DNA from: Sporichthyaceae bacterium
GTDB lineage: Bacteria > Actinomycetota > Actinomycetes > Prado026
Direction of reading: 5' to 3'
Length of the DNA stretch: 50,620 nucleotides
Assembly: GCA_031394045.1 (NCBI GenBank)
Contig: JANMWN010000280.1
Coordinates: 1-50,620 of the forward strand
Shown here: piece by piece, positions 12,996 to 23,694 of the stretch
Layout: every line of letters begins with the position of its first letter
Numbering within the stretch: position 1 is the stretch's first letter
Translations under genes and position numbers: made by a program
Notes under the pieces: generated by a model
Told to the model about the DNA's origin: nothing
The model's database searches: none
Seen by the model: only the letters and a program-made list of their open reading frames with translations

Positions 12996-13541
12996 ATGGC
13001 GGTCCAGCCGATCCGCCTGTTCGGTGACCCGGTGCTGCGTACGCCCGCCGAGGCAGTGACGGACTTCGACAAGGAGCTCCGAGTCCTGGTCAAGGACCTG
13101 TCCGAGACGATGCTCGACGCTCCCGGTGCTGGCCTGGCTGCCCCGCAGATCGGGGTGTCGATGCGGGTCTTCACCTATCACGTCGATGACGTCCTCGGGC
13201 ACCTGATCAACCCGACGCTGGACCTGTCCGACGAGGTGCAGGACGGCGACGAGGGCTGCCTGTCCGTGCCGGGGCTGACCTTCGACACCAAGCGTGCGTT
13301 CAGCGTGGTCGCCAAGGGCTGGAACATGCACGGGGAGCCCGTGACGATCGAGGGCACCGAGCTGCTGGCCCGCTGCGTCCAGCACGAGACCGACCACCTC
13401 GACGGCATCTTGTTCATCGACCGGCTCGACCGCGAGGCGCGCAAGGCCGCACTGAAGGAGATCCGCGAGGCCGAGTGGTTCGGCGAGAGCCGCCCCGAGG
13501 TCAAGGTCAGCCCGCACGCCACCTACGGCTTCGTCCGCTAG
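12996..13541 (+). CDS. def: Peptide deformylase
   Basis: GAGLAAPQIG, EGCLS, QHETDHLDG; SD GAGGAGG. Confidence 0.97.
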   Translation: MAVQPIRLFGDPVLRTPAEAVTDFDKELRVLVKDLSETMLDAPGAGLAAPQIGVSMRVFTYHVDDVLGHLINPTLDLSDEVQDGDEGCLSVPGLTFDTKRAFSVVAKGWNMHGEPVTIEGTELLARCVQHETDHLDGILFIDRLDREARKAALKEIREAEWFGESRPEVKVSPHATYGFVR

Positions 13542-13559
13542 CGGCGCGGGCGGACAAGA

Positions 13560-14522
13560 GTGCGGCTGGTCTTCGCCGGCACGCCAGAGACGGCGGTCCC
13601 GGCCCTCGAGGCGGTGCTCGGCTCGACGCACGAGGTGGGCGCCGTGATCACGCGTCCGGACGCTCCTGCCGGCCGCGGCCGCGCGCTCGTGTCCTCGCCG
13701 GTCGCCCGGGTCGCGGCGGCTCGGGGGATCGAGCTGCTGCAGCCTGACAGCCCGCGTGACCCCGCCTTCCTCGAACGGCTGGCCGAGCTCGCTCCCGACT
13801 GCTGCCCCGTCGTCGCGTACGGCGCGCTGGTCCCGGCGGCGGCGCTTGAGATCCCGGTCCATGGGTGGGTCAACCTGCACTTCTCGCTGCTCCCGGCCTG
13901 GCGGGGCGCGGCCCCCGTGCAGCACGCGATCCTGCACGGGGACGACGTGACCGGAGCGTCCACGTTCCGGCTCGAGGCGGGCCTGGACACGGGCCCGGTC
14001 TACGGCGTGCTCACCGAGTCGATCCGGCCGACGGACACCTCGGGCGACCTGCTCGGCCGGCTCGCGGTCTCCGGCGCTGCGCTGCTGGTGGCCACCCTCG
14101 ACGGGCTGGCGAGCGGGGCACTGCGGGCGCAGCCGCAGCAGCTCGACGGCGTCAGTCTCGCGCCCAAGCTGACGGTCGAGGACGCCAGGGTCGACTGGTC
14201 GGCGCCCGCGCTGGCGCTCGACCGGCTCGTCCGTGCCTGCACGCCGGCGCCCGGCGCATGGACGACCCTGCGCGGCGAACGGGTCAAGCTCGGACGCGTA
14301 CGCCTGGACGCCGCCCCCCTCGACAACGGGGCCAGCGCCGGCACGGGCACGGCGGCCCTGGCCCCCGGGGTGGTACGGGTCGAGCGCACGTCGGTACGCG
14401 TCGGTACCGGCAGCGGCGCCGTTCTGCTCGGCGAGGTCCAGCCGCAGGGCCGCCGGCTGATGGCCGCGCCCGACTGGGCCCGTGGGCTGCGGCTGGCCTC
14501 GGGCGAGCGGTTCGACGGATGA
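13560..14522 (+). CDS. fmt: Methionyl-tRNA formyltransferase
   Basis: [34 protein letters not shown]. Confidence 0.97.
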   Translation: MRLVFAGTPETAVPALEAVLGSTHEVGAVITRPDAPAGRGRALVSSPVARVAAARGIELLQPDSPRDPAFLERLAELAPDCCPVVAYGALVPAAALEIPVHGWVNLHFSLLPAWRGAAPVQHAILHGDDVTGASTFRLEAGLDTGPVYGVLTESIRPTDTSGDLLGRLAVSGAALLVATLDGLASGALRAQPQQLDGVSLAPKLTVEDARVDWSAPALALDRLVRACTPAPGAWTTLRGERVKLGRVRLDAAPLDNGASAGTGTAALAPGVVRVERTSVRVGTGSGAVLLGEVQPQGRRLMAAPDWARGLRLASGERFDG

Positions 14523-15940
14523 GCGACCGACCCGACCGTCCCGACCGCCCGGGCCGCTCCGGTACCGGAGGCAAGCAGCGCACCTACCGGCGGCCGCAGC
14601 CGGACGCTCCGCGCCGGGCCGCCTTCGACCTGCTCCGAGCGGTCGACGAACGAGACGCGTACGCCAACCTGGTGCTGCCCGGGCTCCTGCGCGAGCGGGG
14701 CATCGAGGGCCGCGACGCCGGTTTCGCCACCGAGCTCGCGTACGGCACCCTGCGCGGCCGTGGCACCTACGACGCCGTGCTCGCTGCCTGCGTCGATCGG
14801 CCGCTGGCCCAGCTCGACCGGCCGGTCCTCGACCTGCTCAGGCTCGGGGCGCACCAGATCCTGGCCATGCGGGTACCCGTGCATGCCGCTGTCGGCGCCA
14901 CCGTCGAGCTGGCGCGAGCAACCGTCGGCGACGGCCGCTCGTCGCTGGTCAACGCCGTGCTGCGCAAGGTCTCTGCCCGTGAGCTGCCGGCCTGGCTCGA
15001 GGCCGTTGCCCCCTCCGAGAGTGCGGACCCGGTCGGCCACCTGGCGGTCGTCCACTCGCACCCGCGCTGGATCGTGGAGGCACTGCGCGACAGCCTCGGT
15101 GGCTCGCTCGCGTCGACGGCCGCACTCCTCGCGGCCGACAACGACCCGGCCGCGGTGAGCCTGGTGGCGCGTCCCGGTCGGGCCACCGTCGACGAGCTGC
15201 TCGAGGCCGGGGCCGGGCCTGGCCGCTGGTCCCCGGTCGCGGCGCGCTGGCCCGGGGGCTCGCCGGCCCAGCTGGCTGCCGTACGCGAGGGCCGGGCGGG
15301 GGTCCAGGACGAGGGCAGCCAGCTCGTCGCCCTCGCCCTGGCGGCTGCCCCGGTCGAGGGACCCGACTCGGCCTGGTTGGACCTGTGCGCCGGGCCGGGT
15401 GGCAAGGCCGCCCTTCTCGCCGGCCTGGCCGGCCAGCGCGGCGCCCACCTCGTGGCCGCCGAGAGGGCACCGCACCGGGCCAGGCTCGTCGCCCAAGCGC
15501 TCGGTTCGACCGCAGGCGTCGTCGTCGCCGACGGGACGGCGGGGCCGTGGCGCCCGGGCTCGTTCGACCGGGTCCTGGCCGACGTCCCCTGCACCGGCCT
15601 CGGGGCGCTGCGTCGACGACCCGAGTCGCGCTGGCGGCGGCAGCCGTCGGACGTCGCGTCGCTCACCCGTCTCCAGCGTGCCCTGCTCCTCGCCGCAGCC
15701 GACGCCGTACGGGCGGGGGGACTGGTCGCCTACGCCACCTGCTCGCCGCACCTGGCCGAGACGTGGGTGGTCGTTGGCGACGTGCTGCGGGCCCGCCCCG
15801 ACCTCGAGCCCGTCGACGTCCGCCCGTACCTGCCTGGGGTGCCCGACCTCGGGCCGGGACCGTTCGTGCAGCTGTGGCCGCACGTCCACGGCACCGACGC
15901 GATGTTCATAGCCCTGCTCCGCAGGATCAGCCCGACCTGA
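14519..15940 (+). CDS. rsmB: 16S rRNA m5C967 methyltransferase (RsmB/Sun) with NusB-like N-terminal domain
   Basis: ATGA overlap with fmt; [42 protein letters not shown]. Confidence 0.93.
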   Translation: MSDRPDRPDRPGRSGTGGKQRTYRRPQPDAPRRAAFDLLRAVDERDAYANLVLPGLLRERGIEGRDAGFATELAYGTLRGRGTYDAVLAACVDRPLAQLDRPVLDLLRLGAHQILAMRVPVHAAVGATVELARATVGDGRSSLVNAVLRKVSARELPAWLEAVAPSESADPVGHLAVVHSHPRWIVEALRDSLGGSLASTAALLAADNDPAAVSLVARPGRATVDELLEAGAGPGRWSPVAARWPGGSPAQLAAVREGRAGVQDEGSQLVALALAAAPVEGPDSAWLDLCAGPGGKAALLAGLAGQRGAHLVAAERAPHRARLVAQALGSTAGVVVADGTAGPWRPGSFDRVLADVPCTGLGALRRRPESRWRRQPSDVASLTRLQRALLLAAADAVRAGGLVAYATCSPHLAETWVVVGDVLRARPDLEPVDVRPYLPGVPDLGPGPFVQLWPHVHGTDAMFIALLRRISPT

Positions 15941-17141
15941 CCTGCTCGACGCATACCCGGTTGCGGCCCTCGGTCTTGGCCGCGTACAGCAGCTGGTCGG
16001 TGCTGCGCAGCAGATGCCAGACCGTGTCCTGACCCTGTTGCTCGCAGACGCCCAGGCTGCCGGTGACGCTGAGGCCGGGGGCGACGTCGTCCCAGGGCTC
16101 AAACATGATCCGCAGCCGGATCCGTTCGCAGACCTCGACTGCGGCGGCCAGCGAGGTCTCGGGCATCACCAGGGCGAGCTCCTCACCCCCGAAGCGGGCG
16201 ACCAGGTCGGGCCCGCGGGTGAACTCCACGAGGATCTGCGCGACCCGCCGCAGCACCTCGTCGCCGATCTCGTGTCCGAACGTGTCGTTGATCGACTTGA
16301 ACGAGTCGAGGTCGAGCAGGGCCAGGCAGAGCGGGCGCTCGTACCGGACGGAGTGCTCGAACAGCCGGACCATCTCGGCGTCCAGGTGGCGTCGGTTGTG
16401 CAGCCCGGTGAGCGGGTCGCGTACGGACAGCTCGGCCAGGCTCGAGACCAGCTCGGTCTGGTTCGACAGCGCGCGCTGCAGCTCGGCGGTCCGTAGCGCG
16501 ACCCGGTCCTCGAGCGTCAGGTTGGCCTGGCGCAGCTCGGTCGCGAGCAGGGTGGCCCTGGCCAGCGCCCGGTCCTCGGCGGCCAGGGCGCGGTGGACGG
16601 CCGAGCCGGTGACGGCGGCGACGACCGCGGTCAGTACGCACAGCAGCGCCGAGTAGCCGATCAGGTCGGAGACGCGGACGACCCCGGCACCGTGCTGCTG
16701 GTCCAGGGCGTACAGCAGGGCCAGGGTCACCAGGGCGCAGCCGAGCGTGAAGATCACCTGGCGTACGCCGAGGGCCGCGCCGGCCATGGTGACCGCCAGG
16801 ACGACGAACTGCGGGCTGTTGGCCACCCGGCCGGAGACCCCGACGCCCACCGCGAGGACCAGCAGGTACGCGCCCAGGATCAGCAGCGACCCCAGCACGA
16901 CCTGCCCGCGTCTGAGCACCAGCACGATGCCCATGAACAGCAGGAGACCCAGTGCCACGGAGAGGAACGCGGCGCCGGGTGCGGGCAGCAGCCCGACGAA
17001 GGGGAGGAACGCCACCGACAGCGCGATCAGCCCGACCACCAGGCTGATCAGGATGTGCCCTTCGCGGCGGACCCGGCGGTCCGGGTGCTGGACTGCCGTC
17101 AGGCGCCCCAGCCAGGGCCGCAGCTCACCCACGCCCTTCAC
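15927..17141 (-). CDS. Membrane-bound diguanylate cyclase (GGDEF domain)
   Basis: Several N-terminal hydrophobic segments, coiled coil, DPLTGLHNRR, DLDSFKSINDTFGHEIGDEVL, RGPD I-site, RFGGEEL, LYAAKTEGRN. Confidence 0.93.
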   Translation of the reverse strand: MKGVGELRPWLGRLTAVQHPDRRVRREGHILISLVVGLIALSVAFLPFVGLLPAPGAAFLSVALGLLLFMGIVLVLRRGQVVLGSLLILGAYLLVLAVGVGVSGRVANSPQFVVLAVTMAGAALGVRQVIFTLGCALVTLALLYALDQQHGAGVVRVSDLIGYSALLCVLTAVVAAVTGSAVHRALAAEDRALARATLLATELRQANLTLEDRVALRTAELQRALSNQTELVSSLAELSVRDPLTGLHNRRHLDAEMVRLFEHSVRYERPLCLALLDLDSFKSINDTFGHEIGDEVLRRVAQILVEFTRGPDLVARFGGEELALVMPETSLAAAVEVCERIRLRIMFEPWDDVAPGLSVTGSLGVCEQQGQDTVWHLLRSTDQLLYAAKTEGRNRVCVEQVRSG

Positions 17142-17229
17142 CTCCCGAATCGGCCGAGTTCATGATCGTCAGGAGGGAGACGAGCCATTTCGATCATCAT
17201 GACGCGATGCAGACGGATATTCTTCGCGG

Positions 17230-17919
17230 GTGGGAATCCAGATTGCTCCGAGCTTGCTCGCCGCCGACTTCACCCGCGTCGCCGAGGAGGTGAACGCGAT
17301 CGAGGGAGCCGACTGGCTGCACGTCGACGTCATGGACAACCACTTCGTCCCGAACATCACCTTCGGGCTGCAGATGGTTGAGGGGCTGCGGCGGGTCTCG
17401 CCGGTACCCCTGGATCTCCACCTGATGATCGAGGGCCCTGACCAGCACGCCCCGGCCTACGTCGAGGCGGGCGCCGCGTCGGTCACCTTCCACGTCGAGG
17501 CCGCAGCAGCACCGGTACGGCTGGCCCGCGAGCTGCGCGCGCTCGGAGCCAGGGCGGGGATGGCGCTGCGTCCGGCCACCCCGGTGGAGCCGTACGAGGA
17601 CCTGCTGCCAGAGCTGGACATGCTGCTGCTGATGACGGTCGAGCCGGGGTTCGGCGGGCAGGCCTTCCTCGACGTGGTGCTCCCGAAGGTCCGGCGGGCC
17701 CGAACCCTGATCGACCGGCACGGCGGGTCGGTCTGGCTCCAGGTCGACGGAGGCGTCTCCCTGGCCACGGTCGAGCGGGTAGCGGCGGCCGGTGCAGACA
17801 TGCTCGTGGCCGGTTCGGCCGTCTACGGCACCGACGACCCCCCGGCCGCGATCGAGGCGCTCCGGCAGGCCGCGACCCGCGCCGCCACGACCGGCGTCCG
17901 GCATGGCACACTGGGCTGA
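17230..17919 (+). CDS. rpe: Ribulose-phosphate 3-epimerase
   Basis: [44 protein letters not shown]. Confidence 0.97.
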   Translation: MGIQIAPSLLAADFTRVAEEVNAIEGADWLHVDVMDNHFVPNITFGLQMVEGLRRVSPVPLDLHLMIEGPDQHAPAYVEAGAASVTFHVEAAAAPVRLARELRALGARAGMALRPATPVEPYEDLLPELDMLLLMTVEPGFGGQAFLDVVLPKVRRARTLIDRHGGSVWLQVDGGVSLATVERVAAAGADMLVAGSAVYGTDDPPAAIEALRQAATRAATTGVRHGTLG

Positions 17920-17935
17920 GCTACACACGACAGCA

Positions 17936-18063
17936 CGCGTGCTCCGGGGTCGGTGCAACTCCGAACCGGCGGTAACAGCCCGCGACCCGGCCGAAGCCTT
18001 CGGCCGGTTGACCAGGTGGAACTCCTGGACCGACGGTCAAAGTCCGGATGGGAGGCGCACGCG
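17936..18063 (+). ncRNA. FMN riboswitch (RFN element)
   Basis: Conserved blocks CGGGGTCGGTGCAACTCCGAACCGGCGGTAACAGCCCGCGA...GACCAGGTGGAACTCCTGGACCGACGGTCAAAGTCCGGATGGGAG; P1 CGCGTGC/GCACGCG; directly upstream of ribD. Confidence 0.96.
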
Positions 18064-18204
18064 GCGGGTCGTGCCGTCGGTCCTCGTCCGGGCCTGGTGG
18101 AGCGTCGCGCTCACGCGGCGCGCAACCATCCGACGAGTCCCTGCGTGCATGCCCGTACCCCCGGAGCACCTTGTGTCGTTCACGCGAGGATGCGAGGAGG
18201 GCAC

Positions 18205-19254
18205 GTGGCCAGCGACACCGAGACGACGGCGATGCGCCGCGCACTCACCCTTGCCGGCGCACCCGACCTGCCGACCGGTCCCAACCCACGGGTCGGCTGC
18301 GTCCTGCTCGCCGCCGACGGCTCGGTCCTGGCCACCGGGGTGCACAGGGGGGCCGGCACCCCGCACGCCGAGGTTGACGCCCTGGCCGCCGCGGGACCGG
18401 CCGCTCGCGGCGCGACGGCCGTGGTCACCCTCGAACCCTGCAACCACAGCGGGCGCACCGGCCCCTGTGCCGGCGCGCTCGTCGACGCCGGGATCGACCG
18501 TGTCGTGTACGGGCAGTCGGACCTGAACCCGGTCGCCAGCGGGGGAGCGAGCACGCTGCGGGCTCGCGGTGTCGACGTGGAAGGCGGCCTGCTCGCCGCC
18601 GAGGCCGAGGCGCTGAACCCGTACTGGTCCTTCGCGGTCACCCATGGTCGCCCGTACGTCACCTGGAAGCTGGCCACCACGCTGGACGGACGGAGCGCTG
18701 CCGCCGACGGCACCAGCCGCTGGATCACCTCTGCCGAGGCGCGGGTCGACGTGCACCGGCTGCGCGCCAGCGTCGACGCGGTCCTCGTCGGCACCGGGAC
18801 CGTCCTGGCCGACAACCCCGGGCTGACCGTGCGCGAGGGTGGTGGTCCCGGCCGTACGCTGCCGAGAGAGCGGCAGCCGCTTCGGGTCGTCCTCGGTTCC
18901 CGGCCGCTCCCGCCCGGCGCGCGGGTGCTCGACGCGAGCGCGCCCACCCTGCTCCTGCCCGGCCATGACCTGCCCTCCGCGCTGGCCGACCTCGCGGCTC
19001 GCGACGTGCAGCACGTTCTCCTCGAGGGCGGGCCGACGCTGGCCGGTGCCATGGTCGCCGCGGGTCTGGTCGACCGCGTCGTCGCGTACGTCGCCCCCGT
19101 CCTGCTCGGCGCCGGCCCTGCCGCGCTGGGCGACGCGGGCATCACCACCATCAGCCAGGCGCTACGCCTGGAGCCGGACGCCGACGAGCCGGTCGTCCGG
19201 TTCGGACCGGACGTCCGCATCGTCGCGCGGGTCGTCCGCGCAGAGGAGGCCTAG
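18205..19254 (+). CDS. ribD: Riboflavin biosynthesis deaminase/reductase
   Basis: PNPRVG, HAE, TLEPCNHSGRTGPC, ATTLDG, LLEGGPTL; GTG after GAGGAGG. Confidence 0.96.
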   Translation: MASDTETTAMRRALTLAGAPDLPTGPNPRVGCVLLAADGSVLATGVHRGAGTPHAEVDALAAAGPAARGATAVVTLEPCNHSGRTGPCAGALVDAGIDRVVYGQSDLNPVASGGASTLRARGVDVEGGLLAAEAEALNPYWSFAVTHGRPYVTWKLATTLDGRSAAADGTSRWITSAEARVDVHRLRASVDAVLVGTGTVLADNPGLTVREGGGPGRTLPRERQPLRVVLGSRPLPPGARVLDASAPTLLLPGHDLPSALADLAARDVQHVLLEGGPTLAGAMVAAGLVDRVVAYVAPVLLGAGPAALGDAGITTISQALRLEPDADEPVVRFGPDVRIVARVVRAEEA

Positions 19255-19848
19255 ATGTTCACCGGCATCGTCGAGGAGCTGGGGGAGGTGGTCGGGGTGG
19301 AGCAGCAGACCGACGCCGCCCGCCTGACCATCCGTGGCCCCCTCGTGGTGGGTGACGCCAAGCGCGGCGACTCGATCGCGGTGAACGGTGTCTGCCTGAC
19401 TGTGGTGGACCACGACGCCACCAGCTTCACCGCGGACGTGATGGCCGAGACGCTGCATCGCTCGAGCCTGTCCGAGCTGAGGGCCGGAAGCCCGGTCAAC
19501 CTCGAGCGGCCTGTGACCCTCTCTGCCCGGCTCGGCGGGCACCTCGTCCAGGGGCACGTCGACGGGACCGGGCAGATCCTTGCTCGGGAGCCGGCCGAGC
19601 ACTGGGAGCTGGTCCGGGTGAGCCTGCCCCCAGCGCTCGGACGCTACGTCGTCGAGAAGGGGTCGATCACGGTCGACGGGGTCTCGCTGACGGTCGTCGA
19701 GGTGACGGCCGGGTGGTTCACCGTGAGCCTGATCCCGACGACGCTCGATCTGACGACGCTCGGCAGCAAGGGCCCGGGCGAGCTGGTCAACCTCGAGGTG
19801 GACATCGTGGCCAAGTACGTCGAGAAGCTGATGGGAGCCCAGGCATGA
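19255..19848 (+). CDS. ribE: Riboflavin synthase (alpha chain)
   Basis: [43 protein letters not shown]. Confidence 0.97.
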   Translation: MFTGIVEELGEVVGVEQQTDAARLTIRGPLVVGDAKRGDSIAVNGVCLTVVDHDATSFTADVMAETLHRSSLSELRAGSPVNLERPVTLSARLGGHLVQGHVDGTGQILAREPAEHWELVRVSLPPALGRYVVEKGSITVDGVSLTVVEVTAGWFTVSLIPTTLDLTTLGSKGPGELVNLEVDIVAKYVEKLMGAQA

Positions 19849-21149
19849 ATGCCGCACCGCAGGACTCGGACGGAGCCGTCCGGCTCGACCGGGTCGAGGA
19901 CGCCATCGCCGCGCTGACGGCCGGCCAGGCCGTCGTCGTGGTCGACGACGAGGACCGCGAGAACGAGGGCGACCTCATCTTCGCGGGCCAGCGAGTCACC
20001 CCCGAGCTGGTTGGGTTCATGGTCCGCTGGACCTCCGGCTACCTCTGCGTCGCGATGGAGGGCCCCGAGCTGGACCGGCTCGGCCTGCCCCCGATGACGC
20101 GGGTCAACGAGGACCGCAAGGGCACGGCGTACGCCGTCACGGTCGACGCACGCGACGTGGTGGCGACCGGTATATCCGCCGTCGACCGCGCGCGCACCAT
20201 AGAGGTGCTCTCCGACCCCGCGACGGAGGCGGCCGACCTCACGCGGCCTGGGCACGTCGTGCCTCTGCGGGCGGCACCGGGCGGTGTGCTGCGCCGCGCC
20301 GGGCACACCGAGGCGGCAGTGGATCTGGCCCGCCTCGCCGGTTTCTCGGCCGTCGGTGCACTCTGCGAGATCATCCACGACGACGGATCGATGATGCGGG
20401 CGCCCGCCTTGCGCTCGTTCGCCGACGAGCACGGGCTCACGATGATCTCGATCGCCGACCTGATCAGCTACCGGCGCAGGCACGAGATCATGGTCGAGCG
20501 GGCGGCCGAGACGGTGGTCCCGACTCCGCACGGCGACTTCCGGGCCGTCGGCTACCGCGGCCGCCTCGACGGGGCCGAGCACGTGGCCTTCGTACGCGGG
20601 GACCTGGGCGACGGCAGCGACGTGCTCGTACGCGTCCACTCCGAGTGCCTCACCGGCGACGTGTTCGGGTCGCTGCGCTGCGACTGCGGCCCTCAGCTCG
20701 AGGCCGCGTTGGCGGCAGTGGCCGACGAGGGTCGCGGTGTCGTGCTCTACATGCGCGGGCACGAGGGCCGGGGGATCGGCCTGGTGCACAAGCTGCGTGC
20801 TTACCAGCTGCAGGACAGCGGTGCCGACACGGTCGACGCCAACCTCGAGCAGGGACTTCCCGCTGACGCGCGTGACTATGGCACCGGCGCGCAGATCCTC
20901 GGTGACCTCGGGGTCCGCTCGATGCGGCTGCTGACCAACAACCCGGCCAAGCGGGCCGGGCTCGAGGGCTATGGGCTGGAGATCCTGAGCCGCGTCCAGC
21001 TGCCCGTGCGCGCCACCCGGCAGAACCTGCGGTACCTGCAGACCAAGCGGGACCGGATGGGTCACGACCTGCCGCACGACATGGGTGATGACCTGCCGGC
21101 CGACCTGGCTGACGATCGGCCCGACGAGCTCCCGGCCGAGGTCCGATGA
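19845..21149 (+). CDS. ribBA: Bifunctional DHBP synthase / GTP cyclohydrolase II
   Basis: [55 protein letters not shown]. Confidence 0.97.
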   Translation: MNAAPQDSDGAVRLDRVEDAIAALTAGQAVVVVDDEDRENEGDLIFAGQRVTPELVGFMVRWTSGYLCVAMEGPELDRLGLPPMTRVNEDRKGTAYAVTVDARDVVATGISAVDRARTIEVLSDPATEAADLTRPGHVVPLRAAPGGVLRRAGHTEAAVDLARLAGFSAVGALCEIIHDDGSMMRAPALRSFADEHGLTMISIADLISYRRRHEIMVERAAETVVPTPHGDFRAVGYRGRLDGAEHVAFVRGDLGDGSDVLVRVHSECLTGDVFGSLRCDCGPQLEAALAAVADEGRGVVLYMRGHEGRGIGLVHKLRAYQLQDSGADTVDANLEQGLPADARDYGTGAQILGDLGVRSMRLLTNNPAKRAGLEGYGLEILSRVQLPVRATRQNLRYLQTKRDRMGHDLPHDMGDDLPADLADDRPDELPAEVR

Positions 21150-21622
21150 GCGGCTCGGGCACGCCGGCGCTGGTCGTCGAGGGCGCCCAGCGGCTGCGGG
21201 TCGCGGTGGTGGCCTCCCTCTGGCACAGCGTGGTCATGGACGGGCTGCTAGCGGGTGCGGAGCGCGCGCTGACCGAGGCTGGGGTCGCGGAGGTCACCGT
21301 GGTGCGCGTACCCGGCTCGTTTGAGCTACCGCTCGCGGCCCAGGCGGCGGCACGCGCCGGTTTCGACGCGGTCGTCGCGCTCGGCGTGGTGATCCGCGGG
21401 GGAACCCCGCACTTCGACTTCGTCTGCGCCTGGGCGGCGAACGGGCTCGGCCGGGTGGCGCTGGACACCGGCGTACCCGTCGGGTTCGGCCTGCTGACCT
21501 GCGAGGACGAGGCGCAGGCTCTTGACCGGGCCGGGCTGCCGGGCTCCCGCGAGGACAAGGGGTACGAGTCCGCTCAGGCCGCCGTCGCCACCGTGCTGGC
21601 GATCAATAGGCTAGGCACATGA
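21146..21622 (+). CDS. ribH: 6,7-dimethyl-8-ribityllumazine synthase
   Basis: [35 protein letters not shown]. Confidence 0.97.
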   Translation: MSGSGTPALVVEGAQRLRVAVVASLWHSVVMDGLLAGAERALTEAGVAEVTVVRVPGSFELPLAAQAAARAGFDAVVALGVVIRGGTPHFDFVCAWAANGLGRVALDTGVPVGFGLLTCEDEAQALDRAGLPGSREDKGYESAQAAVATVLAINRLGT

Positions 21623-21882
21623 AGACATTCGACCAGCTGTTCGCCGAGCTCCAGGAGCGGGTGGCGTACCGGCCCGAGGACTCGGGCACCGTCGCCGCGC
21701 TCGACGCCGGGGTCCACGAGATCGGCAAGAAGGTCGTCGAGGAGGCTGCCGAGGCCTGGATGGCGGCCGAGCACGAGTCACCCGAGCGGGCCGCCGAGGA
21801 GATCGCGCAGCTGATCTACCACGCGCAGGTCCTGATGATCGCCTGCGGCCTGACCCTCGACGACGTGTACGCCCGGCTGTAG
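21619..21882 (+). CDS. hisE: Phosphoribosyl-ATP pyrophosphatase
   Basis: [31 protein letters not shown]. Confidence 0.96.
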   Translation: MKTFDQLFAELQERVAYRPEDSGTVAALDAGVHEIGKKVVEEAAEAWMAAEHESPERAAEEIAQLIYHAQVLMIACGLTLDDVYARL

Positions 21883-21893
21883 GACAGGTCCCG

Positions 21894-22739
21894 ATGCTGC
21901 GTATCGCCGTCCCCAACAAGGGGTCGTTGGCCGAGCCTGCCAGCACGATGCTGCGCGAGGCCGGCTACCGCCAGCGGGCCGACGCCCGCGAGCTGGTCCT
22001 GACCGACGCCGAGAACGACACCGAGTTCTTCTTCCTCCGGCCGCGCGACATCGCGGTGTACGTCGGCTCGGGCCAGCTGGACGTCGGCGTCACCGGCCGT
22101 GACCTCCTCCTCGACAGCGGAGCGGCGGCCGAAGAGATCCTGCCGCTCGGCTTCGCCAGGTCCACCTTCCGGTTCGCGGCGCGACCGGGCACCGCGGCGT
22201 CCGTGGCCGACCTCGGCGGCCTCCGGGTCGCGGCGGCGTACCCGGGCCTGGTCTCCGCCCACCTGGCTGCGCACGGGATCTCGGCCGAGGTGATCCGCCT
22301 CGACGGCGCGGTCGAGACCTCGGTACGCCTCGGCGTGGCCGACGTGATCGCCGACGTCGTCGAGACCGGTGGGACGCTCCGCGAGGCCGGTCTGGAGATC
22401 TTCGGCGAGCCGATCCTGGAGTCCGAGGCGGTGCTCGTCCGTCGGTGCGGAGTCGGCCCGACCACGGGCGTGGACCAGCTGATCCGGCGCATACAGGGCG
22501 TCATCGTTGCGCGCACGTACGTGCTCATGGACTACGACATCGAGGCCGCGCTGGTGGAGCGGGCCGTGCTGCTCACCCCCGGCATCGAGTCACCGACAAT
22601 CTCGCCGCTGCACCACTCGGGCTGGGTCGCGGTGCGCGCGATGGTCCCGCGCAAGGAGACCAACAAGGTGATGGACGACCTCTGGGACCTCGGCGCCCGC
22701 GGCATCCTCGTCACCGACATCCACGCCTGCCGCCTCTAG
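21894..22739 (+). CDS. hisG: ATP phosphoribosyltransferase (long form)
   Basis: IAVPNKGSL, RPRDIA.YV, LDGAVE, ADVVETG, PGIESPTISPL. Confidence 0.97.
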   Translation: MLRIAVPNKGSLAEPASTMLREAGYRQRADARELVLTDAENDTEFFFLRPRDIAVYVGSGQLDVGVTGRDLLLDSGAAAEEILPLGFARSTFRFAARPGTAASVADLGGLRVAAAYPGLVSAHLAAHGISAEVIRLDGAVETSVRLGVADVIADVVETGGTLREAGLEIFGEPILESEAVLVRRCGVGPTTGVDQLIRRIQGVIVARTYVLMDYDIEAALVERAVLLTPGIESPTISPLHHSGWVAVRAMVPRKETNKVMDDLWDLGARGILVTDIHACRL

Positions 22740-22787
22740 CCCGCCGGCTCGGCCCGCGTCCCGGGGCGGGCGGGTTACCCTCGGGAG

Positions 22788-23618
22788 ATGGCTCGTCTGC
22801 TGAGCCGACGGGGGTTCGTCGTCGGCGGTGCCGCTGTCGTGGGCAGTGCTGCGATCGGAGGAGCCGCGCTGGCCACCGGCGTCGTGCACCTGCCGACCAG
22901 GGTCCCCCGGATGCTCCACGACGAGGGCCCGGACGGCGTGATCCCCGACGTACCCGCCGGTGTCGTCGGCAGGACCACCGTGCACTCGGCTGCGCGCGGG
23001 CTCGACGTCGGATTCTGGACGGCGGTGCCGGAGGGCCACGGTGAGGGAGCCGGCCTGCCGGTGTGCCTGATCCTGCATGGCGCGACCGCGACGACGGCCA
23101 GCTATACCGGGTTCGGCTTCGCGCAGTTCCTCACCGCGGCGGTACGGGCGGGGGTGCCACCGTTCGTCCTGGCCGGTGCCGACGGCGGGCGTACGTCCTG
23201 GCAGCTCTCCGGCGCCGACGACCCGCAGCGGATGCTCCGCGAGGAGCTGCCGAAGTGGTGCGCTGCCAAGGGTTTCGATGCCAAGCGGGTCGCCGCGTAC
23301 GGGTGGTCGATGGGCGGCTTCGGATCTCTCTACACCGCCGAGCACAACCCGGGCTGGCTCCGTGCGGTGTCCGCGCTCAGCCCTGCGGTCAGCGTGGGTG
23401 ATGCCGTGTTCGACTCCGCCGACAAGCTGGTCGGTGCGCGTACTGCCCTGTGGTGCGGGACCAACGACCCGCTGCAGCCCGCGGTCGCAAAGCTGGCGGA
23501 GCAGGTCCCCGGTGGCCCCGCGATCGCCGCCTGGGACAAGGGCGCCCACCGCCGGGTCTACTGGAACCGGGTCACCCCTGCGGCCTTCGCTTTCGTCGGC
23601 CACGCCCTCACTCCCTGA
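22788..23618 (+). CDS. Tat-exported alpha/beta hydrolase (putative esterase)
   Basis: Twin-arginine SRRGF plus hydrophobic stretch; LHG; GWSMGG nucleophile elbow; candidate Asp (NDPL) and His (GAH). Confidence 0.85.
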   Translation: MARLLSRRGFVVGGAAVVGSAAIGGAALATGVVHLPTRVPRMLHDEGPDGVIPDVPAGVVGRTTVHSAARGLDVGFWTAVPEGHGEGAGLPVCLILHGATATTASYTGFGFAQFLTAAVRAGVPPFVLAGADGGRTSWQLSGADDPQRMLREELPKWCAAKGFDAKRVAAYGWSMGGFGSLYTAEHNPGWLRAVSALSPAVSVGDAVFDSADKLVGARTALWCGTNDPLQPAVAKLAEQVPGGPAIAAWDKGAHRRVYWNRVTPAAFAFVGHALTP

Positions 23619-23694
23619 CCCGCGGTCGGCGGTCAGGTCGCAAGAAAGTCCTTGATCGACGGGCACCCGGCCCGGCAGCGGTTAGCGTGGCGCT

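Noticed and set aside
8924-16102. Long antisense ORFs (8924-11116, 12021-13937, 14000-16102)
   Set aside because: Shadow frames of well-supported plus-strand genes in high-GC DNA; Arg/Gly/Pro-rich with no motifs.
22739-22775. GC hairpin after hisG (GCCCGCC...GGCGGGC) as a terminator
   Set aside because: Only a 7-bp stem with a long loop and no U-tract; cannot be supported.
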